Shown here piece after piece: positions 24,995-38,600 of a stretch of DNA of 64,000 nucleotides (positions are counted from its first letter, which is position 1; every line of letters starts with the position of its first letter). The position numbers and the translations under genes were made by a program. Origin of the DNA: Phoronis australis (Eukaryota; Animalia; Phoronida); NCBI GenBank assembly GCA_002633005.1, contig NMRA01000390.1:145544-209543 (forward strand), written 5' to 3'. Below the pieces are notes generated by a model. That model ran no database searches, was not told the DNA's origin, and saw nothing but the letters and a program-made list of their open reading frames with translations.

Positions 24995-25569
24995 ATTGAG
25001 CAACCAAGCACACGAAATATTAATAACACAGACTGTCAATATAAAATGCTACCTGGAAAAAATACATCACACTTTAAAAATGGTATTAACTATATAAAAC
25101 GATGCTAAGTGAAGTTGGCTGCTTGTAAAGTTGTACTGCAAAACCATGAAGCCGATCTCCAAAAATAAGATCTAGAAAAACACAGTGCATTAATTTTCTA
25201 GTTCATTAAGAATGACATGTCAAATAAGAATTTAAAGTAAAACATTTAACTATACATTATTAACAAAAATAAAAAATATTGGGAACTTAACAATTGCGCT
25301 TTACTCTACAAAAAACTACTTAAATGAAACAAAATGGTCCCAACAATATTATAAGGAGATGTGCTGGCTGGAAACTCTTTAAATCTTCACAAAACAGCTC
25401 AACAAAAGAACAGCTGAAAATGAAAGCTTTCCTATGGTTAAGAGCATGCATCTGTTGACCTAGCTTCAACTGCCCATGAAATGTTCAGTGAAATCTGAAA
25501 CAAACATCATGTAGTAGTGGCTTGTAACGACCATACTTCACTTGATAACGCGTAGCACTGGACAACAAT

Positions 25570-25690
25570 GGTCTTCATTATACATACTGAGGCTGCTATA
25601 AACCACAGTGGTCTTCACTATACATACTGAGGCTGCTACAAACCACAGTGGTCTTCACTATACATACTGAGGCTGCTACAAACCACAGTA
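25570..25690. repeat. Tandem repeat, 42 bp x3
   Basis: ggtcttcactatacatactgaggctgctacaaaccacagt repeated. Confidence 0.9.
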
Positions 25691-26564
25691 TTTGAGATGG
25701 TGCTTGGGACAAGGCAAAACCAACTTCTTAAACCTTTTGAGTTTTTAACAGTCGAGTTCTTGCAAGCACCCAGCCCAAACAATGGGGTCTTGCAGTTTTG
25801 AGAGTGTTTACCTTTTACTAAAAAAATATTCACGGGATATGTTCAGAGCTATCAATTGTGCATTCGCTGAATTTTAGTAGTTCCTGCCTTTTTAGTGAAC
25901 TTTTGTCTCATTTTGTACTTTCTTTGAGTTTTTGTTTCTCTGAGGCGTACCCTTTTCCCCAAAATACGAGGGCTCATTTGAGCCCCCCTGGGTGCACACT
26001 TGGAGTTTATACCAAACTATGCATTTCAACTCAAGTAACTAAAGTCAATACAGCATATAAATGCCTTAATGTCAGGCACAGACTGAGCAAACACGTCATT
26101 TGAGCCTGTCTTCAGTATTAAAGCTTGTGACATTGTGTAATGGATACATGATCCTTAAAGCAAGGTTTCATTAAATAACAGTATGTCGAGTTGTGGAAAT
26201 GTGAGCAACAACAGAGCATGTATTCTCTGGGGAAACTGGAGACCTGGCTGACACATTTGAGCAAAGATTCCCACATATACGGTAGGGCTTAATTTCTGAG
26301 TGAATTTAGAAAAAACCTATGATAGCCAGTTCAAATTCCCAGATGCACGCCCAGAGCATGTATTCACTGTGGAAACTGGAGACCTGGCTGACATATTTGA
26401 GCAAAGAATTCCACATATACTGTAGGGCTTCATTTCTGGGTGAACTTATGACAGCCAGTTCAAATTCCCAGATGCACGACCAGTCCAGCCTTGTCAGTAC
26501 GTGCGTCGTCTCTCACAAGACCCTGGCATGACGTATATCACAACCAATAAAGATCCACAGTTGA

Positions 26565-26698
26565 TCACTTGGCATCATCCAGAGCCGTCTTGATGGCATT
26601 TTCTAACAATGTCATCCAGTTGTATTTGGCATCATAGTTTTGAGCGGCACATATCCATCGTCGTTTTGGCGTCCACATCTTGAATGCATTCTTCACGG
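26565..26698 (-). CDS. ECT2L: ECT2L exon 21 (PH C-terminus, stop)
   Basis: [43 protein letters not shown]; acceptor tttcAG. Confidence 0.88.
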
Positions 26699-29600
26699 CT
26701 GAAACATGCAATAGAACAATGAGATAATCAGAAAGCAGCGTGGAACTATAAACATGCAGCCAGCTAGCTGTATGAAGACTAATGTAAAAATATATCTACA
26801 TGTAAGAGTCAGTGTGTGTAAATTTTATACAGACTTCAAAATTTCACACTGGCTGGGTAGTTCTGCTTGTCACCTTGTCATGAAAATTAAATCAAAATGT
26901 AGAGCTAATGATTGGATGAGGTGCATGCAAAATCTGGGAATCAACCGCCTCTCACCTTGCCCCTTACAGACGTTTAAGTGAAGAACAATCTAATACTACA
27001 ACGCCACACTCTTGTATCATTCTCCAGCTTTTGTAACAAAGAGAAGTGTCATCAACTTCAAAACAGTACGCTCGTAACACGCACCATCAGCTAAATTTTT
27101 GTGACATCTTTTGGGAGATGACGACAACTTCACTGAAGCAGTATTTGTAAAATTTGCTCAGAAATTTGATTTGCTGGTAACCTTATGGAAGAAGAAGTGA
27201 ATTAATTGAAAAATCAGTGAAAAAAGAAATAGGTAAAACATGCTCTTTATGATGCTGGAGAATAGGATAGGTTCGTCATTGGTCTCTAGAGGCATTGTAG
27301 ATGTAAAAAGTCACTTACTTAAAGACGCGCTTGGTTGTTAGCAGACGTTTCGACCTGGTCCGCCAGGTCTTTGTCGATGAATGAGCAATTTCCCGCCTTT
27401 CGCTCGTCAAGAATGCTAGGGTACACAGAGGACTCCACTTATCCCCCCCCCCCGTGTACCCCAGCATACTTAACGAGCGAAAGGCGGGAAATCCCTCATT
27501 CATCGACAAAGACCTGGCAGGCCAGGTCGAAACCTCTGCTAACAACCAAGCACGTCTCTAAGTATTACTTAGAGACGTGCTTGGTTGTTAGTAAGCGACT
27601 TTTTATATCTACAACTCTTCGTGATGGTCAAAGCTGATGCATGTTATTTGTCCATAAATTTAGTCGCAGAACAACGGTACAATGGCAATTTGTTTAGCAC
27701 TTTTAACCTATTTGCTTTATGCAACGAATAGTGTAGTTTTTATTATTAAGCAATAATTTTGTGACAGATTTTATTTTGTCATTTTCCCCACATCATTACA
27801 AAGATTCCTATTTATAAGGCTAATGACTTATCGCCACCTGGCTGTATAGGCAGGTACTTCTTTGAAGCAGGTGGCATAAGTATCAAGTTTGACTTCATAA
27901 AAAGACCCCTTTACAGTGTATGTGATTTGATGAGATTTGTTCCAAACAAAAGATAAAATTGCCTCCTCATCCCCTCGCTCAGGACACCTGGTGATCAGTC
28001 ACCACTTTGATACTTGATGGTATCCCATTGCAGCATATTTGGGGCTAACTAGTAGAATATTTCATTTTTTTGTGAATTTTGTCGCAAATTACTTTTGATG
28101 TTAATTAGTCATACACCAGCAATATAACACACATAGGTTCCGTTAGTGGCATCACTTTGGACATCCTACAACCATAAATAACGGTTACTGATGGTAACCA
28201 GTATTCATAGCTCCTAAAACTTCAGTGTTTGATCATATACACATACCTCAAATCCATAATTCATAGTCTTTAACTGCTTGAAATGCCAACATGCACCAGA
28301 GATATTTTAATTTTTGCAGTTGTGTATACAGATTTTGATATTTCCAGGAGAGGTTAAGCGTCGAAATGATTAGATTTTGGAGGTAATTGCATGAGTTATG
28401 GCCATCTAATAAGCATTAACTGTTTCAGTGCAAAATAATCAAAAATGAGATTAATAAACACAAAAATTAGTGAAATACTTAATACACACACAAACCGAAC
28501 TTTCTCGTTTACGTGGTAGAGATCTACACTCACTTCGTGCTTTTTTCTTAGCATGGAAATTTTATTAAAGGTTGTGTCGAACCTTCATCAGACCTGTATA
28601 TATCCTACAAAACTATAGAATTTCTATCAAGATAAACACGTTTTCTGAAAGCAGGAAGCCAGTAGAATTTGAATTTTGACTTAATACCAATCTGCCTTTG
28701 ATTGGGTCACTTGACCATGTCACTTCAGAAAGTTGAACAAACAAGAAATGTTCAATCATAGCAATACACTGACATCAATATACACAAGTTCGTTTGATGT
28801 TAGTGTTCAAGGTGAAATCTCAAAAATGCTGTTACAGTTTTCTTTACTCACTCTGTTTTTGCTTTAAGCAATTTTTCAATTTTTTATAGAAATCATAAAT
28901 TTAAAGTCCTATTTTTGATAGCTAAGTGCAAATCTGAAAAAATTTAAAAACAATTCCAGACAGCATTTCGGAGAACAATGTATATGAACATTGTATATGA
29001 ACATTGTATATGAACATTGTATATGAACATTGCATATGAATCCAATCACATCATTTTTTGTCGGATGTGTTGTGTTCTTTCAGCCTGTCACAGATACGCC
29101 TCCGCGACAGGCTGAAAGAACACAACACATCTGACAAAAGTAACATTTATACGCATTGTATTAGCAACAACCATCAAGCCAATTCAGTCAGTATTATTTG
29201 TAAGGAACGTGCTAAGGAATTACTGTATATCAAGGAGTCATTGGCCATTCAGGATCAGCATGCTACTGATTCTCTCAATAACATACAGAGCTCAGTGGCC
29301 CTGCAACTATGGTAATGACCCGCTTACTTTCCCTGTGTCTCTCACTCTCATTTCACCACATGGATGTGACTTGAAAGAATATCGACACTTGTTGTCCTAC
29401 TGTACATATCCTGATGATGTCTTGTTGAATAAGACGAAATGTTGAGTTAACAAGAACTTCTTTACTTGTGCGGCAATTGTTCGTTTTATATGAATCCAAT
29501 CAGCCATTTTTGAGAAATGATGCTTCGAAGCTCGCAAAGTTTGGAATTTTTCTAGGCTACTGCATTTATAACCTTAACCGCTGACAACAGTAAACTTGAA

Positions 29601-32600
29601 GTAGTCTAGTAATTTTATCCAACAATACAATAACGCCTAGCAAAATGCAACACCAGTACATCAACAGAGGACAAACGGAACAAACGTTAAAACTAACTCA
29701 CATTTGCAGTCAGGGATATCTGCGACGCGAAGTCTAGCTAGTCCAACGCTGGTCTCAAACCTGTACGTGTACTCGACACATCTTTGGAACATGAAGTGCT
29801 TGCTAGTTCGTCTAGTGACCACCATGGCATCATTGAATAGAAACAGTCCCAGGGTCTCTGTGTGTATGTATACTCTGATGGTAGATTGTAATCAATCAAA
29901 AATAACACTTCAATGTATACAGAACCAAATGGGTTGACTAGAACATAATTCAACATTGAACAATTGGAAGAGGCTAATTTTCTAACAAATTTGAAGAGAA
30001 AAATTTGCGAAACATTAGAAATCATGATTGTAATGCATATTCATTCTTAGTACGTATTTAAATCAACAACGAATACATTTTGTACTGAATCGACTTCCTG
30101 GTCAATTTAATTTGCAAAGAACTGCAACACTTTAAATCCATTTTCAGTGATCTTCTGATAGTGATGAGTAGCTGCAGTAAACAAAACTGAGCGTGAAACA
30201 AAAGACATGCGATGAAATTATAAATGGACTTCTTTCAATATGCCTACCTAAGATGTGGCTGAATGTCTTCATCAACTATTTTCAGAAACGATACATCTTC
30301 TTGCCGTATATAATACCTGTTACCTTCTACAAGAGCCTATGAAAATAAATAGCCATTTGTTTACAGTGATAACATTGTCTTTCTACTATCAATAATGCTC
30401 ACATTTCTTATTCAAACCTCAGCCATCCTTCTCACCACAGACTATAGTACATGGACCACCAACTCTGTATATTCTCAATGCACAATATCTGTGTGATTTC
30501 GCACACATGGCACAATGTTCTTATTCACTATTGGCACCTGCATGCATGGTGAAAGCCCATTTTACTACTGGTTTGCACGACTGCTAACTATGGTTTGTGT
30601 CCTTAGAGCTTGAACTTTGCAATTGCACTCCCTGAACTTTTGTCAAAATGACTTGTGACCCAAGAATGCCATTAAAGAATGACGTTGAATGGCTCTTCAA
30701 TGCCAAAATGCAGTAAAATAGATATGAGAATTTCCTGCCGTAATACACTAATAGGAAGTTGAGATTAGCGCATGAAGTAACTGGAACCACTGCTGGCCAA
30801 GAAATTCATTAGAAAATATCACAGTGGCATGATCAATGATATCACTGAGTGATTCCAGCAGGGGCATATGAGTGACTTCAGTAGTGGCATGATCTATGAT
30901 ATTACTGAGTGACTCCAGCTGTGGCATGATCTATATCACTGAGAGTGACAGTGGCATGACATAGCGCTATATTACTGAGAGTAACTCTAGCAATGGCATT
31001 ATCTGCACTGAGTGACTCCAGCAGTGGCATGATCTATATCACTGAGAGTGACAGTGGCATGATATAGCGCTATATTACTGAGAGTAACTCTAGCAATGGC
31101 ATTATCTGCACTGAGTGACTCCAGCAGTGGCATGATCTATATCACTGAGAGCGACAGTGGAACGATCTATATCACTGAGACTGACAGTGGCATGATCTAT
31201 ATCACTGAGAGTGACTCTAACAGTCAGGTATGACAATTGCTGCATTTTGCTGGTTAAAAAACATTTTAGTGCAAGGGACAAGGTCACCAATTGAATAATT
31301 ATATACTATTCGTCTCCAATTTGGAGTATAGTTACTAGGGGTGTGGCGTAATCACTTTCAGTCCCTATTTTAAACTGAAAGCAATAGACCCAACAATGTA
31401 ACAATATTTGACCTCTGGGTTTCATCTCAACATTGCAGTATTCTGACACTGGGACAATACTTGACAGTTTTTCAAATATCAAGTGAGAGACAATGGAAGC
31501 AAACCAATGCGTTCCTAAACAAGGGAAATAAACACTAAGAGTCACCATAGAATATAGAAAAACAGATTTGCGACTCCAGCATTTTCTTACGAAATATCCT
31601 AGAGGAAGTGCCACTTTCCTAAATCGCTAAACTCATGTAATTCCAGTGTATTGTGACGGGAAATTCTTGCATCTATTTTACTGACTAGTACAACAAAAAA
31701 ATATATTTTGGCATTAAAACGCTGTTCAAAGGCTTCTAATAGAAGAACTCTTGGTATACGCGAGTACTTTTGGCAATGCTACAAGTCATGTAATTGCAAA
31801 ATTCAAACTTCAGTGCTGACTGCATGTAGTTAATATTCAGAACAGCTAGTTTGGGAATCAGGGTTCATGTGCTGAGAAAATTACAGACGCGTACTTGTGC
31901 ACAAATTTTTAGGAGTATCTACGAAATCAATGAAAAAGATACTTATATGACATTTTTGTTTCAGATATTTATTAGTTTTGTTCGAATTAAAAATCCGCCA
32001 TGGCAACGAATTCACTGGTCCAATGTCCGTTTATAATTTGTAACTTAAGTCAGCAGTTCTTCTGGGAAGTAAAGTGACCCTCGCTCAGTTCTTGTTCCTT
32101 CATCCTCAAGTAATCCTGAACCGTAGTGAAAAAAGACTGACAATACAACGAATCAAATTTCGAAAGACATCACCTTCGTACAATTCTCTGTTGCTAACAC
32201 TTGACTGAGGTTCCCCGAGAACATTGTAGACGAAAACCCGACGTGTCAACTGATAGAAAATTGCGTACAAGGCTCTCGTCCTTTGTTACCGATCCAATCC
32301 AATTTTTACAAAAGGGGTGTACTGTTTTAGTCTCATATTGATAGTGCATAATTTTTCTTTTAACATTGCATGAACCATGTCGAATGCATTTAGATGAACT
32401 CAGGCCTCATTGACTTGAACAGAATATTAATTAACTATAACAATATAAAGTTTTGAAAATAAAGTTATTGTGTAGGAGCAGTAACATTGTTTTGAAAAGC
32501 TTTGCACCCTTGGTTATCTGATTGGCTCAGGCATTTATGGCAGGAAAATGATAGGGCCAGTTAATGTGCACGTGTGCACTGTAATATTTTGTATCGCATT

Positions 32601-35600
32601 TTTTTCTATAGAATGAATCCATTATTTCAGAAAGGCCAAACGCACGGGACCCTTTCATTACATTTAGTAGTAAGACTGGTGCAATATTTAGAGGTGGTAT
32701 AGGATTTTCCAAAAATGGTTGAAGAATTTTATTTTGTCATAAAATTTTCGTTTGAAAGGCACAATTTTGGAAATATTAAGACTGTAGCCCTTAAGGGGAA
32801 AATTTGAAATAGTTTCTCCGGATTACAAAAATTTGATCAATACAATTGTATAAAAGCAACCTTCACACCACTTGAATGTGACTGTTCCATGTTTGCAAAG
32901 GAGGCGGAAATGGTTAGTTGGTGGTAATTTCATAGACTAAGTCCAAAAATTTTGAGCAGCGCCGGTGTGCATTCGAGCTTAAAATGAAACATCCCGTGGA
33001 GATTTTGAGAACGCCTGGTGGTTATTTTGGAGTATTAATATGAGCTTTATTTAAGAAGTTAGCTTTTTATGAGCGTTCAATTAATGTAAACACGGATGTG
33101 AGTTAGGCAAAATCGCTCATCCAAATCCCGACGAAATGACCATGATTAGCAGACAACATACTTGCCAGAAGTAAAACTGGCTGATTTTGCAGGTGTCGCT
33201 AGTGAATAGTGATGTCATGGCTTGTGCATAAGATCACATTTCATCCATTGAAAACATACAGAATTAGCGGTCCATGTACTATAGTCTACGAATTCACCTC
33301 TTACTAGCTACAACACGAACTGTTGCCAGATGTGGTAAGTGAATACAACACAGCACTGTAATGCAACTCCACAATCCTATTTTACTAGCAACAGCTAAAC
33401 TGGCACTATGAGATTAAGTTACACCATGTCCAAAACTAGACAATTATAATTATGAAGTTACCGGACAGTTGACTATTTTCTCTTGTACAGCCACAAGTTG
33501 TTTCTCCCTAAGGGCCCTAGTGTTCATCTCTCGTATTAAGTCATCCATGTCACTGAACACTTTGATGGCCGACTTAATGTCCTGCTTATCATGGTGGTCT
33601 TTAGGTGTGTAATGATCAAACCATGTAAGTAAGGTCACGTACTCCCCAGCACGACGGGTCGGCAGTAGAAAGATGTCCTGAATTCTGCAAAACATTTCAC
33701 AGCACATTGAAGTCAACTGATTACTGCCAACATCTTGTACACAAAATTCAATTCAAGAAAAGTCTAAAGGATGTCTTTCAAACTTGAGATGCAAAACCCA
33801 TGACATAATGCAAGCCAGATAAACGGTAGTGAAAGCCAGTCTCAAACATTAAGTGTTGAATTTCACTGAAATAATATTGAATGCTGCTTTGGGAGGTCAA
33901 ATTGGTCAAATTTAATAAGAGTAAAAATGATAATTTTTAAGACCAGAAAAACAATTATGGACTCCATTCTAACCGCAGAATAACCAAACAAAAAACGAGA
34001 TGTGTTAACAGATCTTATTTCATGTCTTGATTAAAACATGATATTCCTCAACTTGATCAAGCAATAGCCAGAATATCTATTTCATAAGTAGAGAGACTCT
34101 GAACAATTACATTCAGTGCTCAGAAATTTCCATATCGGCACATAAACTGTTTGGTACTTTGGGCAAAAACTTGTACAACCTAAGGACAAACAACCCCAAG
34201 AAAGAACACCTAAATGTGATTTACAGAATACAATGTGGTGAGTGTTCTGAAACTTATGAAGGCAATACCAAGCAATCTTTGAATGCAGGACAGTCTCAAA
34301 ATTAACAACTTAGCTATGGTGACACCTATGACTCAGCTGAGTTTACCCAATGCCAGAAATCGGGTCATACCTTCAACCTGGATGATGCATTGACCAGGAG
34401 GTAACTGGTTTGAACATCGATGGTGTAAAACGAAATGATCTAACATAACTCTGGCAACAAGAGAGATGATTCGGATTTAATTGGTCACACACCTGTGATC
34501 GAATGTTACCAAATATGTCTCACTGTATATTTTATTCTTGACTATCTCCAGCAGATGTCGCACAGGCTTGATAAAGTCAGTAGTGTCTGACAAAATGGGG
34601 GTTTCTTTCTCGAGTAAGTCCAGTACAGATTATGATTTTGCCTAGTATATTCTATCCATTGCATGGCTTATAATTTACATACATTTAAGTTTCCATTTCA
34701 GTTCCTTAATTTCTATTGATACAATTATTCTAATTATTCCAAGAAAATATGTTACATACAATTAAAGTTGCCAGCTAATAAATTAAATTATTTCTGTAGA
34801 CATTCCACTTATTAAAATTAATTTAACACGTAACAATTACATTTTCAAATAAACAGTATCAGCCTCAATTTACTTACGTTAACATTTTACAATCAGGTGT
34901 GCGCTCATGACGCTTCAGGTACGCTCTAAACTGGGGATTTTGTTCTGTGACTCTCTCCAGTGTATCCAGAATCAGGTGGTAGTTATTGAGAAAGTTGGTA
35001 TAACACTTAAGTCGGGTAGTGAACTTGAGAAATACATCACCCAGACATTGGTTGGAATTCCATTCTGTGATGCGTTGCTTCATGTCTACCATGAACTGCC
35101 TGCAGAGCAAACCACAGCAAAATAAACAGTCATAGACTTTCACTTGAAGATTTGTTGAGAACGGAAATGTTGAAGGATTACCACTAACAAAGTGCCTTTT
35201 CACCAAGAATGCTCAATATTCCTGGCTTAGCTTATCATGATTATCAAGTTCTGGCACAAGACAAACCTGTTTTGTTCTAGAATAGCCATGACATCACTGA
35301 ATATCTTCAATACATTAGCTGCACCAATGACAGGTTGGTTGGAAGTTATAGCAGTCTGGAATGGTACAACAAAGAACTCTTCTAGCAGCTCCAGATGTCT
35401 TATGTAAGCCACCTCGGAGGCGTATATCTCTTTAGCGATTAAACTTCTCTTGTCTGGGTCTGTGTCCCACTGCTCAATTGTCTGGAATTGAGAGAAAGCA
35501 TTAGACATGGTTTAGATGACTGTCAGTTCTCCGAGATGATTTTAAAGTCAAGTCAAAATAAGTTACATTCTACATCGATAATGGGGGCACTGAGCCTGAA

Positions 35601-38600
35601 TAAAACTGCAATTTACGGGTGCCAAAATAGAAAAAGGCAATTACGCTTTGATGGAACTCATATTAACCTCACACAAGTAAAATATGTTAACACAAAGCTT
35701 TTCAATTGCATTATCCCAAATAAAAGTACAAAGTGCACACATTACTTAGTCAAGCCAATACACCACTCCCTTGATTCATTTCATGAAGCATATTTGGCAA
35801 AAACAAAATATTAATTTGCAAATCATAGCAGCAATTTTTTTCATAAAATATTCTAGTGTGAATTTGCGCATTTACAAAATTAATATGGTAGCCATGTGCT
35901 CAAAAACAACCCGACATAAAGTTGACACAAGCATACCATTCCCTTCACTCCTCCCGTGCGCCTGAAGCTTGGCAATTCTTTGTCTGCTTTTTCTGTAGAT
36001 CCATCCTTTGTCACATCGCCTGTGTTTGTTCCCTTGTTGTCGTTGTTGTTCTTGTTCATGTTGTTGTTGTTGATCACCTCAACCTCTTTGTCGACTCCAT
36101 ACTCATCAGTAAGTGTGGACGTCAGCCCGTCAGGCTACGGATAAATGAGCTATTCAAACTAATGTCTGTAACTTTGTATTGAATGGCTGCATCTGATAGT
36201 TTCCATTTAAAAGTGTCACCCAAGACCATTCATTGACTTTTTTACTGAGAGCTATCACATGTGCAGTGGATTAGTGGGAGTGCCTAAGACCACAGACTTA
36301 TAATTGAGGCTTGATTCAAACATAGGTCAGTCGCAAGGCACACTTGGAGTTAGCTTTTTAATTTTTGCATGACTTAATTGGTCAATTTTCGAGTTGGTCT
36401 CTTGTAAATTATGGAGGTGCTGGAGCTTAATAATATACAGGGCTGTTCCAGCAAAATCTGTGTGGGGGGGAAGGCAACTGAAATAAAAATTTATGGGTGG
36501 TTGGATTTGATTTAAATTCAAAATGGCTGGTGGTCGTAATTCAAAAAAATTAAAATTTACAGGTCATTGTTGTTTCATTGGGCCATAAATGTTTGATGGT
36601 GGGTAATTTTAGTAAATTTTATAAACAATCCGCACAGAATCAAAAACTGAAACAAAAATGCAACTTGCAAAAAGCTCCGACTTTTTCACTCCCTCCGATC
36701 TCCTCATCGGCAATCCCATAACGCCACTTAACCACAGGTGCTCGAGTTTCTCGTTGGCTAATAACCATATATAAGAAACAATTATGTTTTCTTAGTAATG
36801 AATGACGTTAGTGGTGATGGAGGAACAGATAAACTCTAGCAACTGTGCAGTCAACCACAAGAACAAAAAAAATTACGGGTGGTTGCATTTCAAACTTTTA
36901 AAAAATTACGGGTGGTAGGCTGAAGAAATAAATGAAAAATATGGGTGGTGGGTGCAAAAAAAAGGTGCCTTCCCCCCCCTCCCATGCAGATTTTACTGGA
37001 ACAGCCCACACAATGTACATGAACTCATTACAAGAGAACATATGGCACTTCTCACAATCAACCATTGACCAAATGATAAATAATAAATAACAATCATGCC
37101 ATATGTTCTAATAAGACATTACTATTGCCTCCCAAACACTTACTATATCTGTTTTCACAATGCCTGTTAGCTTAGAAGATGGTATCTAGAGGACATCAGG
37201 GTACGTAATATGCACATAAATTACACCAGGAGCAGTATACAGCAAACCACGGAGTAATTCATATACCATACTGGGAGGATGAGTCCCATACCAGGTGAGT
37301 TACACCATACAGGAGTTAATGCATACCATACCGGGGTAAATACAGACAATACCAGGGTAGATGTACACCATACCAGGGTCAATGCATACCATACCAGGGT
37401 GGACGTACACCAGGGTCAATGCATACCATCCCATACCAAGGTAGATGTACACCATACCAGGGTCAATACAGACAATACCAGGGTGGATGTACAGCATACC
37501 AAGGTGGATGTATACCATACCAGGGTTCATGTATCCCATACCAGGGTCAACGTACAGCTTAATACCACACTAGGTTGTATGTATACCATACTAGAGTGGG
37601 GGTGGACGTATGCCACACTCAGGGTGGATGTATACCATACCAGGGTCCATATATACCATACCAGGGTCAATGTACAGCTTATCAGGGTGGATGTATACCG
37701 TACTGGAATGGATGTACACCATACTAGAGTGGGGGTGGACACTCAGGGTGGATGTATACCATTATAGAGTAGACGCACACCACATCAGGGTGCATGAATA
37801 TCATATGAGGATGAATGTATACAATACTGGAGTGGATATATATATCATACCAAGGTAGACGGCGTCTCTCCCAGCCTCTTAACACCCTGTGCCTTCCTCA
37901 TTAAGAACTGGCCGAGGAACTCAAGAGGGCTCACATCGTTCTTCCTGGACAACAATGTCATTCCTTCCACCAACACCTCAGCTATTCGGTTAACACCTTG
38001 GATATCTCCTTGACCAAGAGCATCAAAGACAATCTGACCTGGAGGCAAGATAGAGAGGAAAGACACGGGAACATGATGTACCCTAAGCTGTTACTTTGGT
38101 AACATAACTGTCAACCCCAGTTGTTTAAACTAGATGTATTTTGCAACTGATTCAATTCAGGTTGACTAGTTCCATTCAATAACAACACGTTCAGTTTCCC
38201 TTTATCTGACACTACACCAGGCAAAGGTCCTAAAATTAGCCAATGGCAACAACATGTCACCATACAAAGCTTTTACGAGACTCAGTACAGATTCAAAACT
38301 GGCAAAACTTATCGTTTTCAGGAGCACATATGTCTAAATCAGATATTTTTACTTTTGACTTGTTTTTATTTGAAATCAAAAGGTGAATACCATGCACAGT
38401 GTGCCTAGTGTTTCACCTCCAATTACCTGTAACTTGAGACACCACGTCTTTGTGCTGATCTTCAAGATATGGCTCCAACACCCTCCTCACAGCCTGAATA
38501 CCTTCCACCACCTGGTCAGCTGTGTTGGACCAGACACTCAACTTCGTGGTAACAAAGTAGCGACTGGGAGGAGACAGCATAGTCTCACACATAAACCATT

